DNA of 62,816 bases, filler included, from Sphacelaria rigidula (Eukaryota): assembly GCA_964200075.2 (NCBI GenBank). It is 5 parts of 5 records of this genome, joined end to end, with 100 filler letters (N's around TTAATTAATTAA, not from the genome) between each part and the next. Parts side by side here need not be neighbours in the genome. Positions count along the whole stretch, not along the records: positions 12,585 to 25,067 come from CAXNAA020003716.1; positions 25,168 to 37,650 come from CAXNAA020003717.1; 3 more parts are not named here. One strand, given 5' to 3'. Below, one piece after another: positions 13,083 to 26,693 of the stretch. How positions within the stretch are numbered: the first letter of the stretch is position 1; each line of letters starts with the position of its first letter. Made by a program: the position numbers and the translations under genes. The notes under the pieces were generated by a model. It was given only the letters and a program-made list of their open reading frames with translations, made no database searches and had not been told where the DNA came from.

Positions 13083-13496
13083 CTCGTTCATACCGTACTG
13101 TTACTTTTTCAGCAAACGTGAGTCCATACTAGGTAGACCTGAACAATTTCCACCCGCATGCGCATATACGTGTATGCGCTATTCGCGTAGGCGTCAAGGT
13201 TCATGAGCTTGTCGAAGAAAATTCCTCGAACCTTGCAGATTAAACGAACAATAGAGTGCACGTCCCTATTTCGGAACGGTACCAAGTATGGAGCTCTTTT
13301 TGTTAGTTGTCCATAACTCGGCGAAATATTGATTGTTTCCCATTCTGTTTTTTGCTGCGTGTCCACACAAGCACGACGCTTCGTTTGAGCTACTGCACGT
13401 GCCTTTTGTATCAGAAATCACCATCCCACAGCACGGTGAATAAGGGCGTGTGTGTCTTTCTTCAAAATCAGCTTTTTGGTCGATCGGTTGCTAAGC

Positions 13497-14040
13497 ATGC
13501 AGAGAGTAAGAGTGAACCCAGAACCTGCAGCAGAGGCCATAGAAGCGGTACGCAGCGGTAGCATGACCTTCCATGCTACTGCGAAGACCTTTGAAATATT
13601 CGTTGGCTCGCTGCAGAAGCGTGTTAGTGGTAGCGTGGGCATAGCTGGCAGGGTTGGTCCGGGTACTATACTGTCGAGGTAGGAAGAAAATTTCATCGAA
13701 GATATGCTAAAATTTGCCGCAGCTCGTCAACGGGCCTGAATAGAGATGGCCTGAAACAGGGGGCTATGGCACTCTGGAGCGACAACCGGTGCCATAGGGC
13801 CCGACAGTAGGCTCAGGTCGAAAATGACTCGGCTTGTTCCTTCGGAGGCACCCGCGGCTAGGTGAGCGCAGCAACCGTATCTACAAGGCCGACGGGGTGG
13901 TGCGGCCGACGAAGAAGATCGCATGCCGGAGTTTTATGCGGCCTGTGAGGACTACGTGGACCGGTAGAAGTCAGCAAACAGACCACAGATGTGACACGGA
14001 TGAGACAGGTGCTTTACTGTCTGTCAAGAGCCGTTCCGTT
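13497..14040 (+). pseudogene. pogo/Tigger-like (Tc1/mariner) transposase remnant
   Basis: HTH_psq-like AIEAVRSGSMTFHATAKTF..GSLQKRV, then GPGTILS*EE, CENP-B-like FLRRHPRL, and DETG (first catalytic Asp motif); contains stops and frameshifts. Confidence 0.72.
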
Positions 14041-14734
14041 TATGTGATACAACGCATGTGTCTAGAGCTAGAGCCAGGGGCTGTTGCTGTTGCGTGTTTG
14101 TCTGCTCTCAATCATGCTGCGTTTGATTCGGTATTATTTTCGCCAGATTCTTCGCCGACAAAACACTTGGCGTTTGCCTGCTCATTGCTGTTTCGGCGTG
14201 TTCTGTTGATTGCACGTACTTTTTATAGAGGCCCTGCCTAAACTGTCTGTAGAGGTGTTGCAAGTACCGCGTCTAGAGATGGTGCGAGTACTGTGCGTAC
14301 CACCCGATACTCGACATACTCCTACTCTGTCCCGTGCCCCCCCCCCCCCCCGCCGCCCCCTAAATCAACATAAACTGATGTCATACCATAAAATCCGAAA
14401 TCCGTGCTCCTCAACTCATGCCATGGTTGGGTCACTACCGTTTTTCGAATTCAAATACATGCTCTCCGTAGAACGTCAACCTCAAGGGGCAGCCAATTCT
14501 CCGCTATTTGAATACGAAAATGTCCATCATTCGATGTCACCTTTGCCCAAGATCATGGCTACGTCCTGCAGGCACATCATATCACACGAGCCTTCAACGG
14601 GTAAAGCAATCGCAGGAGAACGCAGTGAAACGAGGTTGCTTTACCCACACATTTCATTCCCCCACACCACAAAAAAGAAAAAAGGAAAAAAGAAAAACAA
14701 GATACCACCATAAAAAAGAAAATGTGAGACACCT

Positions 14735-14760
14735 TAAGGGGGGAGTACTGTGACGGGGGC
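14735..14760 (+). other. Putative polypurine tract and LTR start (AAGGGGGGAGTAC-TGTGACG)
   Basis: Resembles a Gypsy PPT/3'-LTR junction; the matching LTR end was not identified. Confidence 0.35.
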
Positions 14761-16452
14761 TTAGAGGGCGACCCGATATATTGAAAAAAAATTGAAAGGT
14801 GTGAAAATCCCAAGAATCGACAACCCTCGAAAAAATAGCGCCGGAAGCTACGAAATATCTGGGAATCCAGGACAAATCCGCCACAGAAAAAAAAGAGGCT
14901 GAAGCAGCGAAAAAAGAAGCCGGTAGTCCATCCGCAGCAAAACCTCGATATAAAACTTGACTGCTATCATGCGAAGGGGAAATCATGTCTCAATAGACGT
15001 CCAGTTCCGCTGTGAGAGTTTTTTCGAGCAGCCAGCCAAGGCGTTTCACAGTATCGGGGAAGCACAAACGATCGTACACTTCGTTCATCAGTAGAAACCG
15101 ACGGTGTTGATTGCTCAAGCGGGAGAAGAAAATCGCTGAGCGGAAGACACCGGAAACCAAAATCAACATGCAGCCGTGAGGCAACATGATGCCCCAACGT
15201 GACGATGAAGGGCGGCCCATCGAATTGAAAAGGTGCCCGTATTGTCCCACAAAGCGTCAACAAATAACACACAGCCGTACGAGATAAATCCAAGGCGGGT
15301 AATCCGATGCGTTAGTGATGAACGGCAAGTATACAGAAAGAGGGGCCGATGCGATCCGCTCTTATATACATGCCCGTTCAGACGAGAAAATCGAGAGGGT
15401 GTGCATACAAACGGAGGGATCTACTCCCGCCGAGCACATGAACGCGATAATTCGCCAGCAATAACCCTACAACAAGAACGAACCCCCGTACTGATTTCTG
15501 AAGCGGCGGACCGGATGTACGACCTCGAGACTGCGAAAAACAAAACGATTTTTTTCTTCTTGTTTTGGCGGACTGTTGTAGCAACGGAACTGAGCATAAT
15601 CCAAGAGAGAAGAATTATCCCCGAACATGGGATACCTGATACAGCGAGCAGTTACACAGAATCTGCGACGATACTCAAGGAGAGGGCTTGTTGGACATGC
15701 AACAAATAACCCGGTCATCGAAAGCCAACGTGAGTCCAACGGTGTTAAGCTGTCAACAAAAAAAAACAGAAAAAAACAAAAAAAAGAGTAGGGGGGGAAA
15801 CGAATAACACGGTACGCCGAAAGGACCAGTCCGTTGGAGAGGTTGATGGCGGACGTGGTTGGGCAATCGCACACACCGGGTGTGTGCCCCGGAAAGGGGT
15901 TGGTACGGGACGTGTTGAAGAATACCAACGGTGTGCGTCGGCCGCCTCCGAATACAAACAAAAGGAAAAACCGAAGATAAGAACAAGGAAAACAGGGGAC
16001 CATGCTAAGCAGGAAAAAGGGGAAACAGGGCAGAACAAAAAAGTAGAAAACAAAGAAAAACAAAACACGACATGAAAACAAACAAACAAAAACAAGAGCA
16101 AACAAAAAGGAGAGAAGAACACAAACGCTTCATACAGGAACAGGCATACGCGGCAACGGTTCACTACAGAACACCGACATACGCGGCTACTAGGTACTGC
16201 CGAGGGAAACGTGGGCAACCGGGCTACACGGTGTTCAAGGAAACGAGACCACGAGAAGACAAGGAGAACCAGGGGGAATTCTTAAAAATCCAAAACACGA
16301 CGAGACCAGGGGGACTACGATTGGCGGTAGGGACAAACGCAGACAACCGACTCGCGACGGTACTTGAGAATACGACACCAACGACAAGAAAAAAACAGGG
16401 GGGATTCAAAGAACGCGAATAAAATCGGAAGAAACTCAATTTACTATCAAGA

Positions 16453-19055
16453 TTATTCCGTGTCCCACGCCGTGTCGGGGTTGCGCAAGACAGCTGTGTC
16501 GATGTCCCGTTTGTCGTGTCGTTGTAGGCAACAAGATCCTCGGCGAGCGGTCGGCATCTCGGTGTAGTAATCATCGTGGAGACGGATCTTGAGAGGACCC
16601 GGATCAGCGAGGAAGCGGATGTAGTAGGAATCGTCCGACTCAGGATCTATCAAATCAATCTTCCCCAGCCACCACCGCGAATCCATAGCCCTGTACCAAA
16701 CATTTGCACCTTTCGGCAAACGTTTCTTCGAAAAAGAGCGCAGGTATTGCGAACGAGAAATGAGACTAAAGCCCGGAATGACAAATCGTGCCGAGTGTTC
16801 TCGGGCCAGTTCACGAGCTGCTGCGCCTTTTCGCATAGACCTATATCGTTTGTTCAAGGGGGGGTGTTGCACGCCATCTCCGACCCAGTATAAGAGCATC
16901 TCTCTTCGAAAATGAATCTAATACATAACCGCAATTTCACCGCCTCGACCTCGAACTTATTGATGGCCCGAGATGCGATCCACCACTACACGTTCAAGAG
17001 GACCGTCAGCGTCTTCAACCGTCATGTGGTACGGTGAGGAGTTCGCCACATACCTGGTTAGCACATACTGACTGAGCCCCATAGGCAATTGCTTGGGCAT
17101 ATCACTAGTGTCGTGAGGGGGTAGACACGGGTTGCACCGAAGCATCGAGACCCGGTTTTTGGGTTTGACGCCAGGTTCATCCGTGGGAAAATCCGAATAA
17201 AAAAGCTTTTTACCTACTGGTTTATCGTCAGGTGCGGTATCACAGGGCCCAACTGCCAAAATCGTCCAAGGACCAGTCCAATCCAAGCAAAGTTTCGACT
17301 TCAACACCTTATCCGACGACGACTTAGCAGAGCTTGTACCTTGGGTTACAGTTTGCACATCGTTATACACCCGTGCCCATTCACCTACTTTCCACACCGG
17401 ACGGTTCTTCACTGCATCATCCAACACGCTGTCTGCCTTAGGTACCTTTGCTGCGTTGATCAAGTTCTGCTCCCGTACCACCTCATGTGCAAGACGAAGA
17501 CGATTACTAACAGACATATGGTACTCCACAATATCCCGATCCAAACTCTGGTGACCACCAGGGGGTTTCCTATCGAACAATGTCAATGGCAGCCGGGGCA
17601 TACGACCAATATGAACTTCATTGGAAGCCAAGCCTGTGGCGGCATTGACGGAATTGTTGTAGTTCAATTGGACAAGGGGTAAGTGCAGGTCCCAGTCCGT
17701 TTGTCGCTCATTAGTCACTGTGGCAAGCATTTGCGCCATCGTGTGATTAACTCGTGCGGTCCCACCGTTTGTGGACGGATGGTATGAACCAGTAAAAATA
17801 CGATGGGTACCCAGAATATTACTGATCGCGGCAGAAAGTTTGCCGGCAAAATGTGGGCCGTTATCAGATAACAAACGTTTGGGGACACCCCACTGAGGGG
17901 TGTATGTGTACACGAGGACGTTGGTAGTCCCTTCTGCACTATAGTTGGCCTCCGAAACAGCATTCGTCACAGCATGTCGACTGAACCGATCCGTAAACGA
18001 CAAAATGTACTTGTTACCACTATCAGTGAGGGGCAGGGGACCAAAGTAGTCCCATGAAACTATTTCACCAGGCCCATTGGGAAGGAGCATAGAAATTACC
18101 GGCCATCTAACTGTTTGACGCGAAGTTTTGCGTGCTTGGCAAAGAAGACACCGTCGAACCCACCAACGCACACATTGGTCCATACAAATCCACCATGAAA
18201 AACGCTGAAGCATCTGGGAGGTCCTAGCGACGCCCAGATGTGTGGATGCTTGTGAGTGGCATTCATGGATAACCCATGGACGCAGAAGCATTGGAACATA
18301 AATACGTACGAGGGCATCACCCAACAAACGGGCGTGATTACTTGTAGATTTCCCTCCAGGAGGGTTCGTGGGGGGGCGGTGAACTAAAAGAACAACGCCA
18401 TCATCATCCGTATAAAGCATGCCTTTACGCGATAATTCAGGAACTTCATCCTGTGTGGGGGCTCGGTGGGGCCCTACTGGCAGAAGGAGCTTAGTTTCTG
18501 GAAAGGGGGAGGGGCATCCTTTGGATAGATAATGTATAGCTGCTCTACAAGCAGGTTCAGCTTGCTGTTCCCGGGCCCAATCGGCGTGAGAAAAGAGGGT
18601 CAGTTCCTTGAATACACTGTCGGAGGGGTTGTCCAAAACGCAGGGGATCGAATCGCTGTGGGATGGACACGAGGCGTTATTTGGATCAAGGTCAGAGGGG
18701 GTGGTCAGTGTATTCTCAAACGGAACGTTCACCTCTATTCCTACGTTGTGGAGGGTGTCGGATGGCGTGGTACCGGAGGTGGTACGATCACGGGGTGGAG
18801 GAGGCACAGTCGAGGTCTCGACCATGGTGGGCAGAGGTGGTTTGGAAGGTGTCGATTTTCTGGGGGCCTTGCGCCTTGGAGGTAACGGGGGCGCAAGGAG
18901 GCTATCGGGGACTGGAATGGGGTTGGGGATTGGGAGATCTGGGCCGGCTGCTGCCAGGGCGGCAGCCATTTCCGCGCCCCGGCGTCCTCGGGTCCGGCTC
19001 GAGATGAGGTCTCGGACTTGAACCGGGAGGACGCAGTCAGTAGAAACCGGCTCTA
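16453..19055 (-). mobile_element. Ty3/Gypsy LTR-retrotransposon pol 3' part: integrase, chromodomain-like region and C-terminal extension (degenerate)
   Basis: HHCC (CHSQASTHLG...CLLCQ), core WDYFGP / SDNGPHF / YHPSTNGGTAR (catalytic E replaced by A), GPY/F motif WTGPW, chromo-like VDRISGHQ*; stop at 16957 and frameshifted continuation 16899-16453. Confidence 0.9.
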
Positions 19056-21224
19056 CAGTTATGGGCACACCTGACCCCCCAAAATGAGCCAAAAAAGTGT
19101 CACCGACAGAAAGCACGAACAGACCGCAGATCTTGTTCATCCCCTGAATATGCACGCCGTAAAATCACCCAAAGCACTTCCGATTTGAGTGGGGTTTCCA
19201 TTTCACGGTTTCGAAGTTTTCTCGTCCCGGAGTACGAACCACGGCGTGGCTTGGCTACTCACCGGCGTGTGTTTGTGTAAGCTACGATGTTGGTGCTCAG
19301 TTTGGCGAAATAAGTTATTATGGTGATTGAGAAAATCGCAAAAACCCTATATTTTTTTCACTTAATTCGTTATAAAACCCGGAAGCTGGTGAATGAAAAA
19401 ATTCCAAGCACCAAAGTTGTAGCTGTGGTTTCGGCGCAGGTGAAGCAAATACTCGTTTCCCAATCGATGACCTTGGTCAGGAGTATTTTTCTGAAACAGA
19501 TTGGGCTATCAGCCCAAACAAGCGTCTCCAACACTCGCCAGTTTCCACGACATGCGAAAGTCTTACCCCTGTCCAACGGCATCAGAATAGATACACCCAT
19601 AAATGACTCTTGATAGCGCAGATGGTTGATACATCGCATGTGTGAAATGTTCGACAGGTGTAGAATTGAACGTTCGACCCAACCCCGAGAGGCGTCCGTG
19701 TCTACGGACATTTACCCCCATCCGTGCTTCACTTGTGATAGTGCCAAGAGTCGCGCTCGTTCTCCTACACCCGATGCCATCGCCACGCCACCATCGATAG
19801 TGTAGATTAGATGGCAGCAGGTATGGACACACCCTTAACCGAAGAAAGAAAGCCACAGAGTAAGCTGGCGTTCAAGAAGAGAGAGCATTATCCGCAATGG
19901 CAACACACTCCAGCAGCCGACAAAGACATGGTCATGAGTCACACGAACAAAAGCAAAAATCATCTTTGCGACCTTGCAGCAGTGAAGCGAACAAATTATA
20001 AAACCAGACCTAACCCTAACCACAACAAGGGCATGCCGAGAATCGTCGGGCAAGGCGGGTGCAACGTGTTCCCTAAGGGAAGTGTGCGTTGGCAGACCTC
20101 AAATTGGTGCCCCAGGCCCCGATTCATACAAAAACGCGCTGTGGGCATGCTAGGAGCATGCAAGGAGCACAGCTCCCATAAAAAGATCCGGATTTCCTTC
20201 ATACACTCAAATCAAGACGGACCAACTTACCCTCCCGAATGGTCAACTAGATACTGCGTCAAGACGGCACAAAACACAGGATAAAGTCGTCGGCCCACTT
20301 TTGCTGAAGTCACATGGCACCGAAGCCTCATTCATGCCTTTCAATGCACCAACCTGACTCAAGACACGCGTCCATTGTATCGGCAGTGGTGGGTGACGGC
20401 CGATGGTTTTTCATTCCCTCTTGGAACACGATATCTTGGGAGTCCGATGAAAATCGTGCACATTCATAAAATGAAAAGGCATACCCACGGAACAACAAAT
20501 ACACTTGCACAGGGGGAGTCATTCATCCGCTAAAGTTGTAGAACGATGGGGTCCGATAAATCAAATTTCTCAAAACATGACGAGGAAGTCGACCAACATC
20601 CGCCCAGCCTACATGACACACCCGATGTAAGGGCCGTCCTCATCGAAGTTCATCAGTACATGTGATTCTGTCGCATATTGAGCATATGAGTTTGCCCCAA
20701 TTTTCAATCCGCGTTCCATAAAATAAATGGTCCCGCGTTCCGGTTTCAGTTACTGTACTGGCGTTGGCCTACAAATGTTCATTGTTGATATTACTTGCTG
20801 TGAATGTGTGCAACGAGGATCGGAATTCAGGTAGGCCTGACAGTCCCGTGGACTCCTCGTGTGAGCAGAACGTGTTTTCGTTGAAATCAGTGCCACAGGC
20901 GTAGATTTGGGCTCTACCAAGCCCTCACTTTGTTTAGAGGATATATGTAACGCCCTTGCCCGAGGGTTCTCGGTGTGCGTTGGGTTGGGTCAACCCAACT
21001 AGCCTCCTAGCATTCCAGCGTATCGCAAGCGCGGACAAAAAGCGACGCAGTAGCATGCAATATATGAGGAACATCAAGTGAAGTAGCGGTAGGGTTCTCT
21101 GTATGAATTTTTGATCCATGTCGTTCTCTTCCGATGACGTAAGGCATGTTTTACCCGACGGGCCTAGACAAGCCCCAGAAGTCGATATGTTCGTGTCTTT
21201 TCGTGGTTTTGGTCGGTGACACTT
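19056..21224 (+). mobile_element. Non-autonomous TIR DNA element (Tc1/mariner-like ends), copy 1, right end truncated, at the 5' break of the Gypsy pol
   Basis: TA|CAGTTATGGGCACACCTGACCCC start; colinear, in reverse orientation, with 41864-44300; internal CCTAACCCTAACC at ~20009. Confidence 0.8.
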
Positions 21225-23139
21225 TGCACAGTTCCGGGGTTCGATCTGCACGAAACTGATGTGATTGCTGGCTGGCCCTTTTTATCGAATGGGATTTCCT
21301 CCTGTTTCAGAATCCCCTGTCGACAGTCGCGAGTCCTATCGAGTCAGTTTTGTACAGATCGGACCCCAGATCTTCACCAATAGACCTACAGCTTTGGACG
21401 TATATCTATCTACGGCCAAATCTGTACTGTAGGTCCCCTCCGCTCCTGACCGTTTTGTGCGCGTGTGCTGTGCGCGGGTCTCGCACAAATAATAATTTCT
21501 CAATGAATTCTGAAGAGATTTGAGCACGATCACGCACAATTTGCACAGCTGATTAGGAGCTATACAGATCGAGCTGTGTTTGTGCTTTTCGGGTCCACCA
21601 AGTTCCTCAGGTTCAGCTCTGATTGTGTTGGGTTGTGTGGTAAGCCTTTGCATATGGCGCTGTCAACAGAACATATATGTTCCCCCTCGAGGTGCCCGGA
21701 AATCCCCTTTCGACAGGGGGGTTTCAGTAGGGTGTCTTGACAAGATTCAAAAATGATCCTTTTGGGGGCAATCCTCTTTCAAACGGGATTTTTCAAAAAG
21801 CGGGAAATTCCCCTTGAGCACCTGCCGCCAGTGTTGCTGGCTTCTCGGATCGTTAGGAAAAACTGACCACCGTTGAGTGCCGCCCACTGTCAATGCACTA
21901 CACGCCTCGCTTCTCTACCCCGGACGCCCACGTCAAGCACACTGGTTCTGAGGGGTTGCTCGCCTGATCAAGCTTCTAGGCTGCCGATAGAACACGCACA
22001 CACACGCATCTGTATATATATATATAGGTGAGAATTCGTCTGCGTGCTACGTGCTTGGAATTGTCCTGTGCTGCAGCTGTTGCTCATCATTATTAGTCAC
22101 ACGAGTTCGCCCAAGCGAATGGGATAAGTCGGGTATAGTTCTGTGCCTTTACATCTTTAGCATCCACTTGTTGACGAGACAGTGCACAAGGGGCAATCGC
22201 CTGCAAGCTACCACTGGACTTGCCTGATGCTACGGGGGTGCGCGAATATTTCTGAGGTTAAATTTCTCAGGAGCCCTTCGTCTCATCCGAACCACGACTT
22301 ATGAAATATGTGCAAGTGAGGCAATCCTTGCTGTGTGTACAAGAGAGTGTCAGCAATGGGACGTTTTCGACGAAGTGAATCGTGCGCGGTGTATTCCCTC
22401 TCTGGCAAGAATTAGTCGAAGATGACGAGATACGCTGTCAGCAACCACATGGTACGACGTACCATTGTCTCGCTCACAATTGTCCGTCCTGTCCACGGTC
22501 ATCGGAGCATCTCGTCGACTTAGCCCCAATGCCCCCAAGCTCAATTCGTGACGTGGGATGACACAGTAGGCTCAACTTCTTGAAGCGGACACCAGGACCA
22601 GGCTTTGTTGAAGGTTCTATTACAAAAACTGCCATGTATTCGGCCCTGACGAAGTGGCTCAGTTGTCATTGTGACATTCGAGCACGGCACGTGAGTGAGG
22701 TGCGAAGTTGAGCGCGAGAAACGGAAGAAGAGGAAGTGAGACACAGAAGAAGAGAGGAAGGTGTTTTTCTCACGTTTAAAAGTCTTGTGTGTGACATGAT
22801 TCCGCCCGAACGAGGTCCCCACAGCGAGTTGACCATCAGCGTACACCATACAGACATGGGACATTTTCCAAGTCGGAATGATGCCGATTCCACAGATGAT
22901 TGACGGTCGACGACGGGTCTTCCCGCTGTGGCCCGATGATGCTTATGACGGACATATTCGTGAAAAACACAGTCACCCATAGCCCCAATTATACCTAAGA
23001 CAAGGCACACCGCGATTCCTCGAGCAAGGGCAGTGCAAGAGGTGCCCCAAGCAAAGTTTGGATTGGCACACTTGAAATCGACACCTGTGGCACCCATATG
23101 GACATGATGAACGCGTCCTCCCTGTGCTTCATGAGGGGG

Positions 23140-23790
23140 CCTTTTGCGATTGTCTCATTTTCATTTGTTTTCAAGTGAAGATTATGCCGATTCATGGGAA
23201 AGGACCCTGCGCGCAAACCGCATCTATCTGGGAGTCCGGTCTAGAGTAGGCTTCAACAGGTTTGTTGTCGTTGTTGTGGTGGTTGTCTCCAAACGTCGGA
23301 CAAGTCATGAGGTTGTGCCTTGGACCGCGTTACGGGTAGTCCGTCTGGATCACCCGTTCTTGTTTCTAGGGAATATTGATGCCGATTCAGCTGGTGCCCC
23401 ACCTTCACGGTCAAACAGCGAGAGCAGGTCATCTGCTGAATCGGCATCTATTTCAATTGGAAAAAAGTATCCATGATCCAGAGAGACTTAACTGCTCTCG
23501 CTGTCAAAGGGTTGAGGCTTACAAAATTCACAGAACTGTCGGGTAAGGGTACCCTTTGATCGTGAGGGTGGGTCACCAGCTGAATCGGCATCACTATTCA
23601 CTTGAAAAAAGTACGGGTGATCGAGACAGACTAGACTACCCTCGCGGTCTGAGGGTTAACCCCTGGACCGCAAGGTTAGTCTATCTGGATCATGCATACT
23701 TTTTTCAAGTGAAATTGATGCCGATTCAACAGATGACCTATTCTCGCTGTCTAAGGGTCAAGTCAGTCATGCCGTATGAATCACCGGCCG
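23140..23790. repeat. Complex of direct and inverted repeats built on GATGCCGATTCA / TGAATCGGCATC (probable MITE-derived)
   Basis: Motif at ~23183, 23378 and 23717 (forward) and ~23437 and 23581 (reverse), with flanking homology. Confidence 0.6.
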
Positions 23791-24607
23791 AAAACTTGCA
23801 CCCCCGTGGGTCACCTTCAAAAACTTACTCGGCCAGAAGATGCACCGCTGAATTATTTTCAACTCATTCCACCACAAAATCCACCGTTCAGTTGTTTGCG
23901 ATTATCTCGAGACAGGAAGCATAGCGGCCTCTGGAACTTCACAGCCCCCCGCATACACACCAGACCTATTCAGCGCCGTCAGCGGATTTGCCCAATTTGC
24001 CACGGTGGATCCGAAAACCCCAAAACGTTGCAGGAAACGCGTTTCCAGTACATTTCGTGTTCAGTGCAGCGGTTTGCAAAGTGCGGCCTCGACAGCACGC
24101 GTTACGGAAACCTGCTTGCAACACTTGATCTGGTGTGTGACAAGCGCATGCATCAAACCACAGTCCAATCCTTTGCTTCGTAGCCGATAAAATAGAGTTG
24201 AGAGATGAGCACAACAGCATACTGCAACAAAAGAGGTACAGCAACAACACGAGCAGCAGCTTCTATCCTCCTGTTGTTATAACCATTTTCACAGGTGTAC
24301 AGCAACGTCACGGGTGCGTTGTAGGATGTACTGGAACAAATGCACATTTTGTATGAGCGCCGTCGTCATTCCGAGTGACGCGCGTACCTGTGATTGATAC
24401 GGTACTAATTGGCTCATTCAGGTTTCATTTCTTTTGCATTCAACTGACTGTGGTGTTGGTCGGTTCATTTTCCGGATCTAAAGTGCCCAAAATCGGGCCC
24501 CAATCACCCCTATATTAGTGTGGGGGTCAAGACGAGTCACTTGTGTAAGTGGACTCACGACACCAGCAATTGAATCTGTGTAATTATCATATTCAGGAAA
24601 CATTGTC

Positions 24608-24830
24608 ATTCGACTTCACGGTCGATGAGGGAACGGCCGCCTGCCGAACCCCTGTCGCGACGAAAACAAAAGCCAAGCACCGCAGAAGTAAGGTGGAGTA
24701 CCAAAACAAGACAAAAAATGAAAACCTCATGTATGTGTTGACCTTCCTTCTGTGTGACTCCGGCTGGTGCGCCGACATATACCGAAACGTGTAGATCGGC
24801 GTCCAGAATAGATGGGACGACAAGACACAC
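24608..24830 (+). mobile_element. tRNA-derived SINE, 5'-truncated copy 3
   Basis: caagcaccgcagaag..aggtggagtac...ctgtgtgac.ccggctg...ccagaataga..ggacgacaa matches copies 1 and 2. Confidence 0.8.
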
Positions 24831-25067
24831 TGCCGCAGGTGGATCATGAGAACAAACCGGTACGCGATCGAGTAAAATAATGTGCCAGAGATAGATATCT
24901 CGTCTCTTTGTACAGAACACATGAGTGCTGCTCGCGTACGTCAAGGTCGGGTGAAAAAAATATCCCTGGACCCACTCCACCTCCCCCCCGCCACCACACC
25001 CACCCCCCCCCGCCGACGACTCTAGATCTCGTGTGTGGTGCGCTTCTGTACCCACTCCAAACGTGGT

Positions 25068-25167
25068 NNNNNNNNNNNNNNNNNNNNNNNNNNNNNNNNN
25101 NNNNNNNNNNNTTAATTAATTAANNNNNNNNNNNNNNNNNNNNNNNNNNNNNNNNNNNNNNNNNNNN
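25068..25167. other. Artificial linker joining segments 2 and 3
   Basis: Same N-TTAATTAATTAA-N structure. Confidence 0.97.
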
Positions 25168-26253
25168 ATGTAAACACTACGTAGTGCGATCATCCCCGTT
25201 GTGCGGAGTTGAGGTTCTCCCACGCCGCACAACATGATCTGGCTCGACAACCATCATGGTTACCGGAAAAAAGCCCGCAAACGCGCAAAACCCCCCCGGT
25301 AACATGGTTGCCTAGCTTACGCAGTGAGTGGCGTGTTTTACAGCGTCTTCGCCAACCGACGCCAACCCCATCAGGGGATCCGCCCCTACAAAGCCGGGAC
25401 GGAGCACGCTGGGTTCTCGCTGGACCGGGGGGGGGGGGGGGGGGCGCGGTTTTATTCCCTTCTTTTTCCTCGACAGTTTGCAAAAGTTTGGCAATANNNN
25501 NNNNNCCTACAAAGCCGGGACGGAGCACGCCGGGTTCTCGTCGGACCAGGCTGAGAGGGGGAGGGGGGGGGGAGGGTAGCAGACATGTTTATTTCAGCAC
25601 CTGTTGAGTACGAGAAAGCCGGCTATGCATACACGATTGATGTGCAGGATTGTTGGCCCACCGGAAGGATGGCAGCTGCCAATGTAGAGCTTGTACACTG
25701 AAGGAGAGTAATGCGTTGGTGAAGTGTGTGACCCGAGTATATTTGTGCTTGAGTGTAGAGTAAATTTCGGGATTTTTCAAATCGTGTTCTACGATCGGAA
25801 CGCAATAACTTCAGGATAGAAGCTTTGAAAGACCCCGGGATGGAAACGGAAAACTTCAGGACGGAAGCTGAGGCGACGTAGCTTCACGTGGCTCTGTTGT
25901 TCGCAGTAGGTGGCCCGCAGGCTGCCCCACCAAATGTGTGATGAACAATCAGCATAGGATCTTGAAAAATGGAAAGGAATTTTTTCTATGGGAACGAAAT
26001 GAAGTCGAGGTTCTCAAGCTCCGATAGGAGAAGAGGTCTCTGTCAGCGAAGATGGAAAAAGCATGTCGTCGTATGGACATACGTCACCCCTTCATCGATT
26101 GACTCTCAAGAGCTGATTTCATCTCACAGTGCGAACCTTATGCCCGTCGATGAATCTCTGTGTGGGCGCGATGATTCCGTGAGCTCCCTTATGTTTCAAG
26201 TTGAGGGTAGGCACGCTTGACTTGGAGCTCCGACCCTCAATCCGCAGCCTTCA

Positions 26254-26693
26254 ACACGGGATCTTACAAATTGGGAATGGATCATTTATTGGGGATGAGA
26301 AACCCGGAGAATTAAAATCTTCGTATCTATACCGAATCTTCGAAATATGGTTCCATTTCTTCACCTACTGATAGCTATTGATTACTGCTACACGCTGTAG
26401 GAATTTGGATTTCGATTACCGAGACGTTGGGGTCCTAGGTGAAAAATAATTTCGGAACCATTGTGGCGTCCGTTCGGACACCCGGAATTCCCAAAAATGG
26501 TTGTCCACCTAGGACCCCAACATCTCGGTGATCGAAATCCAAATTTCTATGGCGTGTAGCAGTTGTCAATAGCTATCAGTAGGTGAAGAAATGGAACCAT
26601 ACGTCGAAGATTTGGCGTGGATACGAAAATTTTAATTCTCCCGGTTTCTCATCCCCAATAAATGATCCACCTCCAATTTGTAAGATCCCGTGT
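26254..26693. mobile_element. Palindromic (foldback) MITE, ~440 bp, possible TSD CTTC
   Basis: aacacgggatcttacaaatt ... aatttgtaagatcccgtgtt; near-complete self-complementarity; same family as 4809-5247. Confidence 0.85.

Noticed and set aside
15467..16422. Phe-rich or Lys-rich ORFs
   Set aside because: Products of an A/T-skewed retrotransposon 3' untranslated region
19056..19155. N-terminus of the 732-aa integrase ORF
   Set aside because: Derived from the TIR element; a chance in-frame fusion
23140..23790. CRISPR-like or regulatory array of GATGCCGATTCA
   Set aside because: Irregular spacing and both orientations; better explained as TE subterminal or foldback repeats
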